Of a stretch of 64,000 nucleotides of DNA, positions 28,842-38,206 are shown piece by piece; positions within the stretch are counted from its first letter, which is position 1; every line of letters starts with the position of its first letter. The position numbers and the translations under genes are program-made. The stretch lies in IMG/VR virus record IMGVR_UViG_3300020576_007701. One strand, written 5' to 3'. The notes beneath the pieces were generated by a model. The model ran no database searches. It was not told the origin of the DNA and worked only from the letters and a program-made list of their open reading frames with translations. The stretch comes from a virus. Lineage: Duplodnaviria > Caudoviricetes.

Positions 28842-28888
28842 ATTTTGTTTTATTTAATATAATAACTATATTTTATAAACAAATTGAC

Positions 28889-29464
28889 ATGAATAAATTA
28901 AAGGTTGAAAATATTTCAAACATAAAACTCGATTTTTTTTTAAAACAAAACAACCAGGATGTTCGTGTTGTTTTAGAAGCGGACGAATCGACTTGGTGCG
29001 ATAAAGACAGCAATACAAAGTCAATGATACTTTATGAGAGAAAAGGGTTGATTAAATTATCCTATGAAGAGGAAACAAACAAAGATACATCCACTTCAAT
29101 GTCTCAAAAAAATATCGAACCTAATGGTCACATCAACGTAAAATACGAACCACTTGATTTAGATGAAGATTATATTCTGGTATCTACCACTAATCCAAAC
29201 GCCAATATTCAAGAGATCATTGAAAAAATAAAAGAAAATATAAAAAAAGAACCTCTACCTCCACCTCTAACAAAAACTATTGAAAAGGTAGAAGATAAGC
29301 CAACCGAAGCTCCAAAAGAAAAAACCTATAAAGGTAAAAAGCGTGGACCCAAAAAGAAACGTGGCCCAAAACCAGGAATGGCCAAGAAAAAGAAAAAACT
29401 AGCAGAAAAAATAGCTAAAGAAAGCAACGAAGATGATAGCAAGGACATTCAAGATAAATCTTAA
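28889..29464 (+). CDS. hypothetical protein with basic KKRGPK repeats
   Basis: KKRGPKKKRGPKPG AT-hook-like tail. Confidence 0.55.
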   Translation: MNKLKVENISNIKLDFFLKQNNQDVRVVLEADESTWCDKDSNTKSMILYERKGLIKLSYEEETNKDTSTSMSQKNIEPNGHINVKYEPLDLDEDYILVSTTNPNANIQEIIEKIKENIKKEPLPPPLTKTIEKVEDKPTEAPKEKTYKGKKRGPKKKRGPKPGMAKKKKKLAEKIAKESNEDDSKDIQDKS

Positions 29465-29696
29465 AACATTTAGGCGAAGAAAATTAACCTTCCTTCAACA
29501 AAAGTTAAAGACTGTAATGAAGTGCTATACTATTAACGGATTTGTATTGAATGATGCAGAAAGCACATTTAGTTTTTCTAAAACATATAAAAAAATGGGT
29601 GTTGTTATAAATGTAGACACAGTTAATACTGGTGGTTTTTATACTTTTGAAATTCCAGACACTGAAGATATAATGGTAAAAATTTATGTTGACTAA
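29433..29696 (+). CDS. hypothetical protein
   Basis: 87 aa ORF overlapping both neighbours. Confidence 0.45.
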   Translation: MIARTFKINLKTFRRRKLTFLQQKLKTVMKCYTINGFVLNDAESTFSFSKTYKKMGVVINVDTVNTGGFYTFEIPDTEDIMVKIYVD

Positions 29697-30423
29697 AAGA
29701 GAAGAATATATAAAAACTTTTTTTAGTAATTATGAAGATAATGAATCTACAAAAATTGTCAAAAAAATATCAGAAATAGGCAATACCATAGGTTTTATTG
29801 GCGTTAACGTTAATCAAAATGAAAATAAATCTGAAAAAAGAAAACACAAATATGATGTGTGGATTGCTAAGGAAACAAAAAAAGACATCAACATTCTTGA
29901 TATGTCTTTTGATCTTAGGTTAATAATTGATTGGGCCGTATCTACAAAAGCAGATTTGTTCTCTTATAATTTTGAAGATGCAAACATGGCGCAAGCAACA
30001 TGGCATCAAGAAATGATGAATAAGTACGACATTGAAGAGTTAAATATTCCTGATGTTGACCTAGAAAGAGTGATTTTTAGATTTAGCGATAAAAACCATT
30101 TTATGTATTTATTAAACCCTAATGATCTTAAATATGAAGGTAAATCAATGGGGCATTGTGTCGGATCAAATTCAAGCTATGCTACAAGAATTAAAAACGG
30201 TCTCTCTTTAATTGTATCAATAAGGGATTCAAAAAATTTACCTCACGTAACAATGGAGTTAGATGTGAAAAGCTCTCAAGTTGTACAACAATATGGAAAA
30301 GGTAATGCGAGACCAGCGTTAAAGTATAAAAAATTAATAAAGGAATTTGTATTGTTTGCAACAAATTTTAAAGACATTGAAAATCCAGAAACTTTAAAAT
30401 TTCTAAATACACAGTTTTTATAA
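29686..30423 (+). CDS. PcfJ-like domain protein
   Basis: LKYEGKSMGHCVG...SIRD..N.PHVTME...Q.YGKGN. Confidence 0.7.
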   Translation: MLTKREEYIKTFFSNYEDNESTKIVKKISEIGNTIGFIGVNVNQNENKSEKRKHKYDVWIAKETKKDINILDMSFDLRLIIDWAVSTKADLFSYNFEDANMAQATWHQEMMNKYDIEELNIPDVDLERVIFRFSDKNHFMYLLNPNDLKYEGKSMGHCVGSNSSYATRIKNGLSLIVSIRDSKNLPHVTMELDVKSSQVVQQYGKGNARPALKYKKLIKEFVLFATNFKDIENPETLKFLNTQFL

Positions 30424-31254
30424 CTACTTTATTTTATAAAGCACATCATCATCTTCACCAGGTTCAACTTCCTCTTGGTCAAATTCCATTACGATAAATT
30501 GTTTTTGATCAGCTTCATTTAAGTTGGCGCTCTCAACTTTATCAGTATCCATGTTTTTTAAAAAGCTTTTTTCGCCTTCTTGTATACCAGCAAGGGCCTT
30601 CATTCTCTTAACAGACTCACTAAGCGCTTTCTTATCCTGATTATCAACTCTTTTTTCAGCTTCTTTTTCTTTTGATAAAAGTCCAGTCTTAGGATCTGAA
30701 TAATATTTAGGGTCTTCAACAAGATGATCCATAACAATTTCTTTTTGTTTGTCTTTTGAGTTGCTATGCTCATTTTCAACTCCAATACCTATTTTTATCT
30801 CCTTTTCAATTTCGGCTATGCCAATGCCATGTTTTTTAGCAATATCTTCCATAGACATTTTATCTGCTTTTCCACCCTTTATTATATTTTCTCCTAAATT
30901 TGTGTGCATAATTTCAATTTTTTTTAATTTACTTGGTTCGTTTACTATAAACTCAGCTTCTCCAATATTACAAATATCTCCTTCTGGATAATAGTCAGTT
31001 GAAAATGGGTCAGCATTTCCAAAATTTGTGTTCTGATCAACGCTAATTCCTAAAACTACACCATGTGGTCCAGCATGTGTTTCAGCAAGGCCAAAGTCAT
31101 CAGTGATAGAAAAATCTCCGCCAAAAGCTTGTTGTGCGTTTGGTATTAATCCATTTTTTAAAAAACTTTTCAGTCTTTCACCTGAAATTCCGTGATAATA
31201 ATACCTTTTGTTATAAGGTTTATTTTCTTGTTCTAAAGCAGATAATTGTTTCAT
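30424..31254 (-). CDS. ADP-ribosyltransferase-like domain plus DUF5661-like domain
   Basis: YYHGIS...LKNGL...FSIT....A...VVL...EFIV ART-fold pattern; KGGKAD...GIGVENEH...DHLVEDPKYY; C-terminal LSESVKRMKALAGI. Confidence 0.55.
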   Translation of the reverse strand: MKQLSALEQENKPYNKRYYYHGISGERLKSFLKNGLIPNAQQAFGGDFSITDDFGLAETHAGPHGVVLGISVDQNTNFGNADPFSTDYYPEGDICNIGEAEFIVNEPSKLKKIEIMHTNLGENIIKGGKADKMSMEDIAKKHGIGIAEIEKEIKIGIGVENEHSNSKDKQKEIVMDHLVEDPKYYSDPKTGLLSKEKEAEKRVDNQDKKALSESVKRMKALAGIQEGEKSFLKNMDTDKVESANLNEADQKQFIVMEFDQEEVEPGEDDDVLYKIK

Positions 31255-31451
31255 TATGATGTAAAAAATGTTTTAGAAGCCTCAATTTTACTCATGGCTT
31301 GTTTGTAGTTGCTTTCTCTTCTAAGTTCAGTCATTATCTTATACCAATTTTCCTGTTGTTCAGCAGTCCAAACAACCACCCTCTGTTTCCCTTCGGCTTT
31401 TAATTTAGCAATTATATCTTCCGATTTTGATATTCTCTTTATTTCCCCCAT
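31254..31451 (-). CDS. hypothetical protein
   Basis: 65 aa ORF coupled to neighbours. Confidence 0.5.
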   Translation of the reverse strand: MGEIKRISKSEDIIAKLKAEGKQRVVVWTAEQQENWYKIMTELRRESNYKQAMSKIEASKTFFTS

Positions 31452-32314
31452 TGTAATAGCTTTGGCGTATAATTAATACTAACACCTACTTGTGGACCGA
31501 AATACGTCCTATTGTCCTTTAAATTGACCGTAGCACCATATCCTAAGTGAAGTCCAACACCCCAAGTCTTTCTTAATTTTTTAGCAGCCTTTTTTGAAAT
31601 AGGGTCATCCATTATGCTGGCTCCATCTAATTGACTAAATGTAATTCCTGGGTAACTTGTAGTAGCGCCTATAGTTACCTTTTTTGTTTTAGGATCTTCA
31701 AATAAACCAACTTTTAATTTTATTCTTTGTTCCAACTGAAAACTTCCAGGCCCAGTTGCCACTTTTGAGTATAAACCAAATTTGTTAATATCTGCTTGGG
31801 TAGAATCTTTTTTATAATAATGTGTGTTTGCAAAAGGTACCAAACCAGATATTTTTCTAAAATTACCATCTGGCATGTTAAGGCTATCGGAAAAAGTAAA
31901 AGTCCCATTCCCAAGAGAGTCCATTTTTACATACACTGGAACTTTAACTATTGTTTCGTTATTATTAACTGTTATTTTTTCTATAACTTTTGGATTTTGC
32001 TTTCTAAACTTTTCAAAACCAATCAATAAATCTGAATAACCATTTTTCAATTCATCAACAGTTAACTTAAGGGCTAATTTTTCGGCCAACAATGTCGAGT
32101 CATTTATTTTATTTTGAGTTAAAATTGAGTTTTTAGCCTCTACATTGTTTAGCTGTCTTTGGGTTTCGTCTTTTTGAGCCTCTAATTCACTTTTTAAACC
32201 AGCAGCTTGATTACATTGAAACAAAATTATAGCCACCAAAATAACAATACCAATAAGTTTTTGAACCCCTCTATTTTTTGGATCTGTTATCCACGATATT
32301 ATTGATGTAAACAT
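31439..32314 (-). CDS. membrane-anchored coiled-coil protein, possible spanin-like lysis protein
   Basis: N-terminal TM helix ending FQC, coiled coil, C-terminal amphipathic beta-hairpin WGVGLHLGYG...GVSINY; TATTTAT at 32328-32334 (-). Confidence 0.4.
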   Translation of the reverse strand: MFTSIISWITDPKNRGVQKLIGIVILVAIILFQCNQAAGLKSELEAQKDETQRQLNNVEAKNSILTQNKINDSTLLAEKLALKLTVDELKNGYSDLLIGFEKFRKQNPKVIEKITVNNNETIVKVPVYVKMDSLGNGTFTFSDSLNMPDGNFRKISGLVPFANTHYYKKDSTQADINKFGLYSKVATGPGSFQLEQRIKLKVGLFEDPKTKKVTIGATTSYPGITFSQLDGASIMDDPISKKAAKKLRKTWGVGLHLGYGATVNLKDNRTYFGPQVGVSINYTPKLLQWGK

Positions 32315-32344
32315 GATGTATTTTTCTATAAATATGTTGCAATT

Positions 32345-32656
32345 TTATTCCTTATCTTCAAAAAGCTTGTCGATAATAGACCTTTCGTCTACATTTTTAA
32401 AAGACTCAGGATCCTTGGAATTGTCTATAATGCCAATTTCCTTATCTCCTCTAAACACACTTACCTTAGAACTAACATCAATACCTTGAAGTAGTGTTTC
32501 TAAAGCTCTTTGTACAATATCTTGACTAACCACCTTAAGAGCGTCGGATTTGTGTTTGTCATTCCTATCAAAATCATTGTTGTGCCACATTGCTATTTGA
32601 TTATAAACTTCTATTACAAGTTTGGTTGTGTCAAATTCTATTTTTTTATTATCCAT
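32345..32656 (-). CDS. hypothetical protein
   Basis: 103 aa ORF. Confidence 0.55.
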   Translation of the reverse strand: MDNKKIEFDTTKLVIEVYNQIAMWHNNDFDRNDKHKSDALKVVSQDIVQRALETLLQGIDVSSKVSVFRGDKEIGIIDNSKDPESFKNVDERSIIDKLFEDKE

Positions 32657-32722
32657 TTTCTATGTTTTTTATTATATTTAATTATCTATGTAAAATATAT
32701 GCTTTAAGAATTGCAAAACCAA

Positions 32723-33607
32723 ATGATAAGGGATATTAATATAATTATTGCTTCTATAACAAGTAAGTTCTTCTGTACTGATTGGGAAACTCTCAGTCAG
32801 AAAGAGCTTGAGCATATTGGAAATGTATTGGATTACCCAAATATAGAGGATAGGTTTTTGTGTGACCACGAAGAAATACATCCATATATAAAATGGGATA
32901 GGCTTGAAAAAATGCAGGCTATAAGGGTTGCAACTAGACACCCAAATTTAATAGATAAAATAAATTTAAGCAAATATGAATATAAGATAAAAGAAATATG
33001 GTATTTTATACAAGCAGATTATACAAGACTGTTTAAGTATTTTACTTTTGATTTAAAAAAATTACCCAAAGAAGATGCATATTTTTTATTGTGTATTGGG
33101 CAAGATATTTTTTTTGATATTATAAAAATTGAAAATTATGAATTTAACCACATAGAGTGCTTTAACATCTTAAAAGCTTATGATTTTAAAAGGAAAGTTA
33201 TTTGCAGTTTAAATACATCGCTATTTAATAGTCAACAAATTTCACACATTTTCAAAGCTACAAATGAAGAATATTTAGATATTTTTTCTGTCAAACAATT
33301 AAACACAATAGATTGGTTAGATCTTTTGTGTTATCAACCAGGCTTTATTAAACATTGTGATTTAGAAAAATTTGTAGATGGCGACCCGTTTAATTTAATA
33401 CAATTAATTACTCTTTTTAAAAACCCTGACTTGTCGTATCTGCTAGATGAGATAGACAAAGATGAAATTACAGCTCTTGGCTGGGAAAAATTATTAATTT
33501 ATAATTCAGAAAAGTTTTCTAAAATTTGCAATTTTTCAAAAATTAAAGAAAATAATTGGGTCGAAATATTGAAATATCGTCCAGAATTAGAGGCGCACAA
33601 AAATTAA
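32723..33607 (+). CDS. hypothetical helical-repeat protein
   Basis: Repeated W..LL..QP / W..IL...P units; ATG 32723 preferred over track start. Confidence 0.55.
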   Translation: MIRDINIIIASITSKFFCTDWETLSQKELEHIGNVLDYPNIEDRFLCDHEEIHPYIKWDRLEKMQAIRVATRHPNLIDKINLSKYEYKIKEIWYFIQADYTRLFKYFTFDLKKLPKEDAYFLLCIGQDIFFDIIKIENYEFNHIECFNILKAYDFKRKVICSLNTSLFNSQQISHIFKATNEEYLDIFSVKQLNTIDWLDLLCYQPGFIKHCDLEKFVDGDPFNLIQLITLFKNPDLSYLLDEIDKDEITALGWEKLLIYNSEKFSKICNFSKIKENNWVEILKYRPELEAHKN

Positions 33608-33792
33608 TTTTTGCACTGACACGATCCGCCTCCGCAAACACATTTTGCCTTTGAACAAACGTCGCACTCACAGGTGCTACAATCGCAACCCTGAATACAA
33701 TTACAGTTGTTTCCACAGCCACAATTTGTTTTAACTATTTCGGCGTGCTCAAGCGGGTGATCGCCATGAAAATCTGGATATTCTTCTGTCAT
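33604..33792 (-). CDS. metallothionein-like Cys-rich peptide
   Basis: 13 Cys in the last 39 aa, mostly CxC pairs; His-containing N-terminus; coupled to the upstream ORF. Confidence 0.55.
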   Translation of the reverse strand: MTEEYPDFHGDHPLEHAEIVKTNCGCGNNCNCIQGCDCSTCECDVCSKAKCVCGGGSCQCKN

Positions 33793-33793
33793 T

Positions 33794-34054
33794 TTATAAA
33801 AGTTTTTCTATTTTAGATTTCCAAGTGCTAAGAAGTTTTATAGCACTATCAATTTTTTTAACACCATCGGCAAAATCATCGCTTTCGATATTTTTCATCA
33901 AATCCACAAGCATGGTTCTTAAGCTAGATGCCTCATCTTTCCATTGAGAATTAGATTTTGGAAGTAAAACATCCAATTCTTTTAAATCTAAGGAGTTTTT
34001 TAGAACCTCTTTTACAAAATCCCTTAATTCTTTTTCGCTTAATTCTTTTTTCAT
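33794..34054 (-). CDS. small protein with putative capsid-targeting leader
   Basis: MKKELSEKELRDFVKEVLK. Confidence 0.5.
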   Translation of the reverse strand: MKKELSEKELRDFVKEVLKNSLDLKELDVLLPKSNSQWKDEASSLRTMLVDLMKNIESDDFADGVKKIDSAIKLLSTWKSKIEKLL

Positions 34055-34683
34055 TCTATTGTTGCTAGTTTTTTCATGTAAAGCTTTGTATCAATAGTTG
34101 CTTGATTTTTACCACCAAGTCTTGGATACAACTTGTATATAAATATGCTAAATAAAGTGTAAAATGACAGCGAGCTGCCTTTTTGAATAGAAGTTATACT
34201 AATTTTTCCATTATGGGTCATTACTTTAAAAACATACTTTCTACGTTTATTTTCTATGTGTAAAAATACCCAAGATTGAGTTTTACATCTCAACATGTGT
34301 TTTTCTACAAACTCTCCATTTACATAGCAATTTGCCAATATGTCTATGGTTCCATTTTCATTTCCTTTCCAACATATAGAAGCTGAATTCCATTTTCTAT
34401 ATCCACAAGCAAACCCATAAATTGTATTCGCCACCTCTGTGTTTTTCATGATTTGAGCACATGAAGGAAATAAATAGACCCTCATGGATTGCGAATACAT
34501 AGCGCCGTTTAGCGTTATATTAAAAAAAAGGAAAGCTAAAAGTGTTATGAATCCAGCTGTCATGCTTTGAAGCTCTATCGACAAAAATAAACCAGCTACA
34601 AGACAAAAAAGTTGATAGTAAATTGGCTGTTCTTTTTGGCCGACAGATGCAGATTTGCCTTTTGGTATACTATAAAGATTCAT
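34051..34683 (-). CDS. membrane protein
   Basis: Two N-terminal hydrophobic segments, then a beta-rich domain. Confidence 0.55.
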   Translation of the reverse strand: MNLYSIPKGKSASVGQKEQPIYYQLFCLVAGLFLSIELQSMTAGFITLLAFLFFNITLNGAMYSQSMRVYLFPSCAQIMKNTEVANTIYGFACGYRKWNSASICWKGNENGTIDILANCYVNGEFVEKHMLRCKTQSWVFLHIENKRRKYVFKVMTHNGKISITSIQKGSSLSFYTLFSIFIYKLYPRLGGKNQATIDTKLYMKKLATIE

Positions 34684-34728
34684 GTTATTGTTTATTTTAT
34701 AGATTAGGTTTTATATATTTTAGAAATA

Positions 34729-34740
34729 TATTTATAAATA
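34729..34740. promoter_or_regulatory. palindromic TATTTATAAATA (late motif on both strands)
   Basis: Lies between divergent 34683(-) and 34752(+) genes. Confidence 0.55.
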
Positions 34741-34751
34741 AACAAATAAAA

Positions 34752-35855
34752 ATGATTTTTAACAATAAGCTAGATTTTTGTGTAATACCAAGTCCACAAG
34801 GAAACACATACAAATATTTAATATTTGTCGCTATTAGAGGCACAAATAAAGTTGATGATGTTTTGTGTTCAGACCCAGATTATGAAATTTTGGTGCAATC
34901 CATGTTTAATAAAGGTTTGGAAGAAATTGACTCATGCACATTTGAATCTAAAAATCCAATAACTACCAAGCAAGATCTAGATAGATTAATGAAAAGTGTG
35001 GTTTCTCTTGGTATAAAATATAGCAAACCATTAGAGTTTAATATTTTATCTGAATTTAATGCTTTGCGACATGAACTTGGATATATACCTGGTTTTGAAA
35101 TACCTGATGACAACAATATTATTTTTTCTACATCTATAGAAAAAATGGAAGATAATTATTCTTTAAAAAATAAGGTTCCAAACGTCGGAGAAAAGATAAG
35201 GTTAAATTTTTATATATTTTTACAATGCGTTTTTCAAAACGAAAATGATGTGTTCTTAGAATTGGTCGGTGATTTATATTCAAAAGACAATTCAAATATT
35301 AGGAATTTTCTTCAGATAGCTTCTTCTGATTTTATTAGATTGGAGTCAAACTCTCCAAACATGATTGTTCTTCAAAGCACAAAGACATACAAGGATTTTT
35401 TAAAAGAAATTCATTTTTTATACAACGGTAGTTTTAAATACATTAAACATTTAATTGACAGAAACGGAAATACAATTGTAAGAACAAAAGAATATCTATA
35501 CAACATACTTGAAATGAAGAAAAATGTTAACCCAAACCATAGAATTGTGGTCGAGGTAAATTTAAATAAATATTTTGATGACATGATAAAAATGTCAAAA
35601 AAAATAAGAAAAGAACAATTAGCTGAAAATAAAAAGACTTGCGATTTAAACAACATCAAAATAAACATTGTTGAGCTAAAAGATAAGTTAAGCGGTAAAA
35701 TGTTAAATTATGCAGAAACTGACGAATTTGAAAAAGCTAACAATGTTAAAAAAGACATTCATTTTATAGAAAACAAGCTAGAACTCATTGAAAACCTAGA
35801 CGAAAAAGTAATTACTCACGAAGAATATATCAAAAATTTTTGTCTAAACTATTAA
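34752..35855 (+). CDS. hypothetical protein with UVR-like C-terminal motif
   Basis: ATG 34752 preferred over track start; AETDEFEKANNVKKDI. Confidence 0.55.
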   Translation: MIFNNKLDFCVIPSPQGNTYKYLIFVAIRGTNKVDDVLCSDPDYEILVQSMFNKGLEEIDSCTFESKNPITTKQDLDRLMKSVVSLGIKYSKPLEFNILSEFNALRHELGYIPGFEIPDDNNIIFSTSIEKMEDNYSLKNKVPNVGEKIRLNFYIFLQCVFQNENDVFLELVGDLYSKDNSNIRNFLQIASSDFIRLESNSPNMIVLQSTKTYKDFLKEIHFLYNGSFKYIKHLIDRNGNTIVRTKEYLYNILEMKKNVNPNHRIVVEVNLNKYFDDMIKMSKKIRKEQLAENKKTCDLNNIKINIVELKDKLSGKMLNYAETDEFEKANNVKKDIHFIENKLELIENLDEKVITHEEYIKNFCLNY

Positions 35856-35862
35856 TTTTTAT

Positions 35863-35870
35863 TATATTTG
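35863..35870 (+). promoter_or_regulatory. Bacteroidota sigmaA-type promoter
   Basis: TATATTTG with TTTG 20 nt upstream (35839-35842). Confidence 0.65.
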
Positions 35871-35886
35871 CTGTAAATTATAGATT

Positions 35887-37071
35887 ATGGCAGCAAAAAG
35901 TGAAAACAGTGAAATAAGAGAAGCTCTAGAGGTAGCTCTTAATGCGTTAAATAAAAAAGAATTACAAACCGAAGACGTTAAATTAAAAAACTATTTAAAC
36001 GATAGCGCCAAAACTTTGTCTGGAATTTTTTACTACGATGAAAAAAACGATTCTGAACCAGACATTGTATTTTTTACAGATAAAGTTATAAAAGCATGCA
36101 GATCTCTTGATGTTGTTAAAAAGAAAAAGTTTTACAACAAAAAAGTTGACATTTCTTCTAGCGCACCAGGAAATTTAAAATTTAAAAAAGATTACAAGGG
36201 CGAAAATATTTTGCATGCAGCTATTGGATTAGCAACAGAGTGCGGAGAAATATTGGAAGAAGTTGTTAGAAGCAAATACGAAAGCGCCCCACTTGATGTA
36301 GCAAACATAAAAGAAGAAATCGGAGACATCACCTGGTATTTAGCAATACTTTTAAGAGATTTAGACATTGATCTTTTTGACGCAATGGCTACAAACATTG
36401 AAAAACTTAAAAAAAGATACCCAGGAGAAAAATTTTCCACAGAAAGAGCTAACAATAGAGATTTAGCATCAGAGAGAAGTGTTATAGAGGGTAATACAAT
36501 ACCACCAGAGTTTGATCAAACTTCTCATTTACCAAAAGACAAAAGAGTTTTACCTAATGGTGGTTTAGCGCCAACAAATATTTGGGACGCAAAACAAATA
36601 GACGAATACAACAAACTTAGTTTGGTAGAACAAATGAGAAGGCTTTATAATAGCGGTGCCAAAGTAAATGTGACACAAAAAATACACACACACACTTTGC
36701 CAATAAACGAATTTTCAAAACCATTTTCTTATTTAGCAAACAATAAAGATAGCGGTTCTTTTATTATTAACCTGGCCGCCTCTGAACATGATTTCAAAAG
36801 AATAGCTACAGAATTTAAAGTAAACCTTGATAAAGAATTAAAGGCTTGTGAAAACAACAACATGATAATGGTCACTGTTTATGATATTACTGGCTCTTCG
36901 TTGCAAAATGAAGAAAAAAGATTTATTCTAACATTTGATTTTAATGCATTATCTGGAATTATTAAATTATCTGGAATTCTTTTTGAAGGTGGTTTAAATA
37001 AAAATTTGAGTCAAAGACAATTTGGAGAACTAGAAGATTTTTGTAGAGCTAAAAAAATAAACATTTTTTAA
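35887..37071 (+). CDS. MazG-like nucleotide pyrophosphohydrolase with N- and C-terminal extensions
   Basis: GLATECGEILE...EEIGDITWY...NIEKLKKRYP. Confidence 0.8.
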   Translation: MAAKSENSEIREALEVALNALNKKELQTEDVKLKNYLNDSAKTLSGIFYYDEKNDSEPDIVFFTDKVIKACRSLDVVKKKKFYNKKVDISSSAPGNLKFKKDYKGENILHAAIGLATECGEILEEVVRSKYESAPLDVANIKEEIGDITWYLAILLRDLDIDLFDAMATNIEKLKKRYPGEKFSTERANNRDLASERSVIEGNTIPPEFDQTSHLPKDKRVLPNGGLAPTNIWDAKQIDEYNKLSLVEQMRRLYNSGAKVNVTQKIHTHTLPINEFSKPFSYLANNKDSGSFIINLAASEHDFKRIATEFKVNLDKELKACENNNMIMVTVYDITGSSLQNEEKRFILTFDFNALSGIIKLSGILFEGGLNKNLSQRQFGELEDFCRAKKINIF

Positions 37072-37073
37072 AT

Positions 37074-38204
37074 ATGAAACAATACTTAGATTTATTAAAA
37101 AAAATAAAAGAAGAAGGCACATACAAACCTGCCGCTAGATCTGGAATGCCAGGGACACAAAGCTTATTTGATGACTTTGGTTTTAAGCACAATTTAACCG
37201 ATGGTTTCCCACTTCTTACAACAAAGAAAATGTTTTTTAAAGGCGTGGTTGTTGAACTTCTTTGGTTTCTTCGTGGAGATACGAATGTAAAATATTTAAT
37301 TGATAATGGCGTTAACATCTGGAATGAAGATGCTTATAATTTTTATTTAAAAGAGTGCAAAAAATGCAACATTGTTTCTGAATACATATACACTTTTGAT
37401 GAATTTGTGAACCATATTAAATTGGGTAACCAACATAGCATTGGAGGTTTATCAAATGACTATATTTTGGGCGACTGTGGGTATCAATATGGTAGAGTGT
37501 GGAGAAAGTGGGCAACAGAATTCGATTTAATGGAACAAGATGGTAGTAATAAACGCCCTATGTACTGTGATCAAATTGCAGGTGTAATAAACTCGCTTAA
37601 AAAAAACCCAGAATCAAGAAGACACTTGGTTACAGCTATTGATCCTGGCCACGACCAAGAACTTGCTCTATATTGGTGCCACGCACTATTCCAATTCAAC
37701 TGTAGGCCTTTAACGGCTATTGAAAGAGAGAAGAATTATGGCATTATTAAAAACTACACAGATGACCAAGTATCTCAAGAGCATTTCCATTTTTCCGATG
37801 AAGATGTACACAAAGCAATGGACAAAGAAAACGTTCCAAAATATTATTTAGATTGCAAATTATATCAAAGGTCGGCTGATGTTTTTTTGGGTGTTCCTTT
37901 TAATATTGCCTCTTATGCTTTGCTCACTATTTTCTTCTCAAAAATTTGCAATATGATTCCAGGAAAATTCATTCATGATTTTGGCGATGTTCACATTTAC
38001 GATAATCACAAAGAGGCGGTTGAAACACAATTATCAAGAGAACCAATGCCATTGCCAAAGTTAGTAGAAACGAGAGAAATAGATTGGAAATTAATTGGTG
38101 ATACAGCAGATTTTTCTTCTTTATCTTATACTGATTTTAAATTAGAAAATTACAACTCTCATCCTAGCATTAAAGCCGAATTATCAACTGGTTTAATAAA
38201 ATAA
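37074..38204 (+). CDS. thyA: thymidylate synthase
   Basis: FPLLTTKK, ELLWFLRG, PESRR, WCH, YQRSADVFLGVPFNIASY, GDVHIYDNH. Confidence 0.95.
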   Translation: MKQYLDLLKKIKEEGTYKPAARSGMPGTQSLFDDFGFKHNLTDGFPLLTTKKMFFKGVVVELLWFLRGDTNVKYLIDNGVNIWNEDAYNFYLKECKKCNIVSEYIYTFDEFVNHIKLGNQHSIGGLSNDYILGDCGYQYGRVWRKWATEFDLMEQDGSNKRPMYCDQIAGVINSLKKNPESRRHLVTAIDPGHDQELALYWCHALFQFNCRPLTAIEREKNYGIIKNYTDDQVSQEHFHFSDEDVHKAMDKENVPKYYLDCKLYQRSADVFLGVPFNIASYALLTIFFSKICNMIPGKFIHDFGDVHIYDNHKEAVETQLSREPMPLPKLVETREIDWKLIGDTADFSSLSYTDFKLENYNSHPSIKAELSTGLIK

Positions 38205-38206
38205 AA

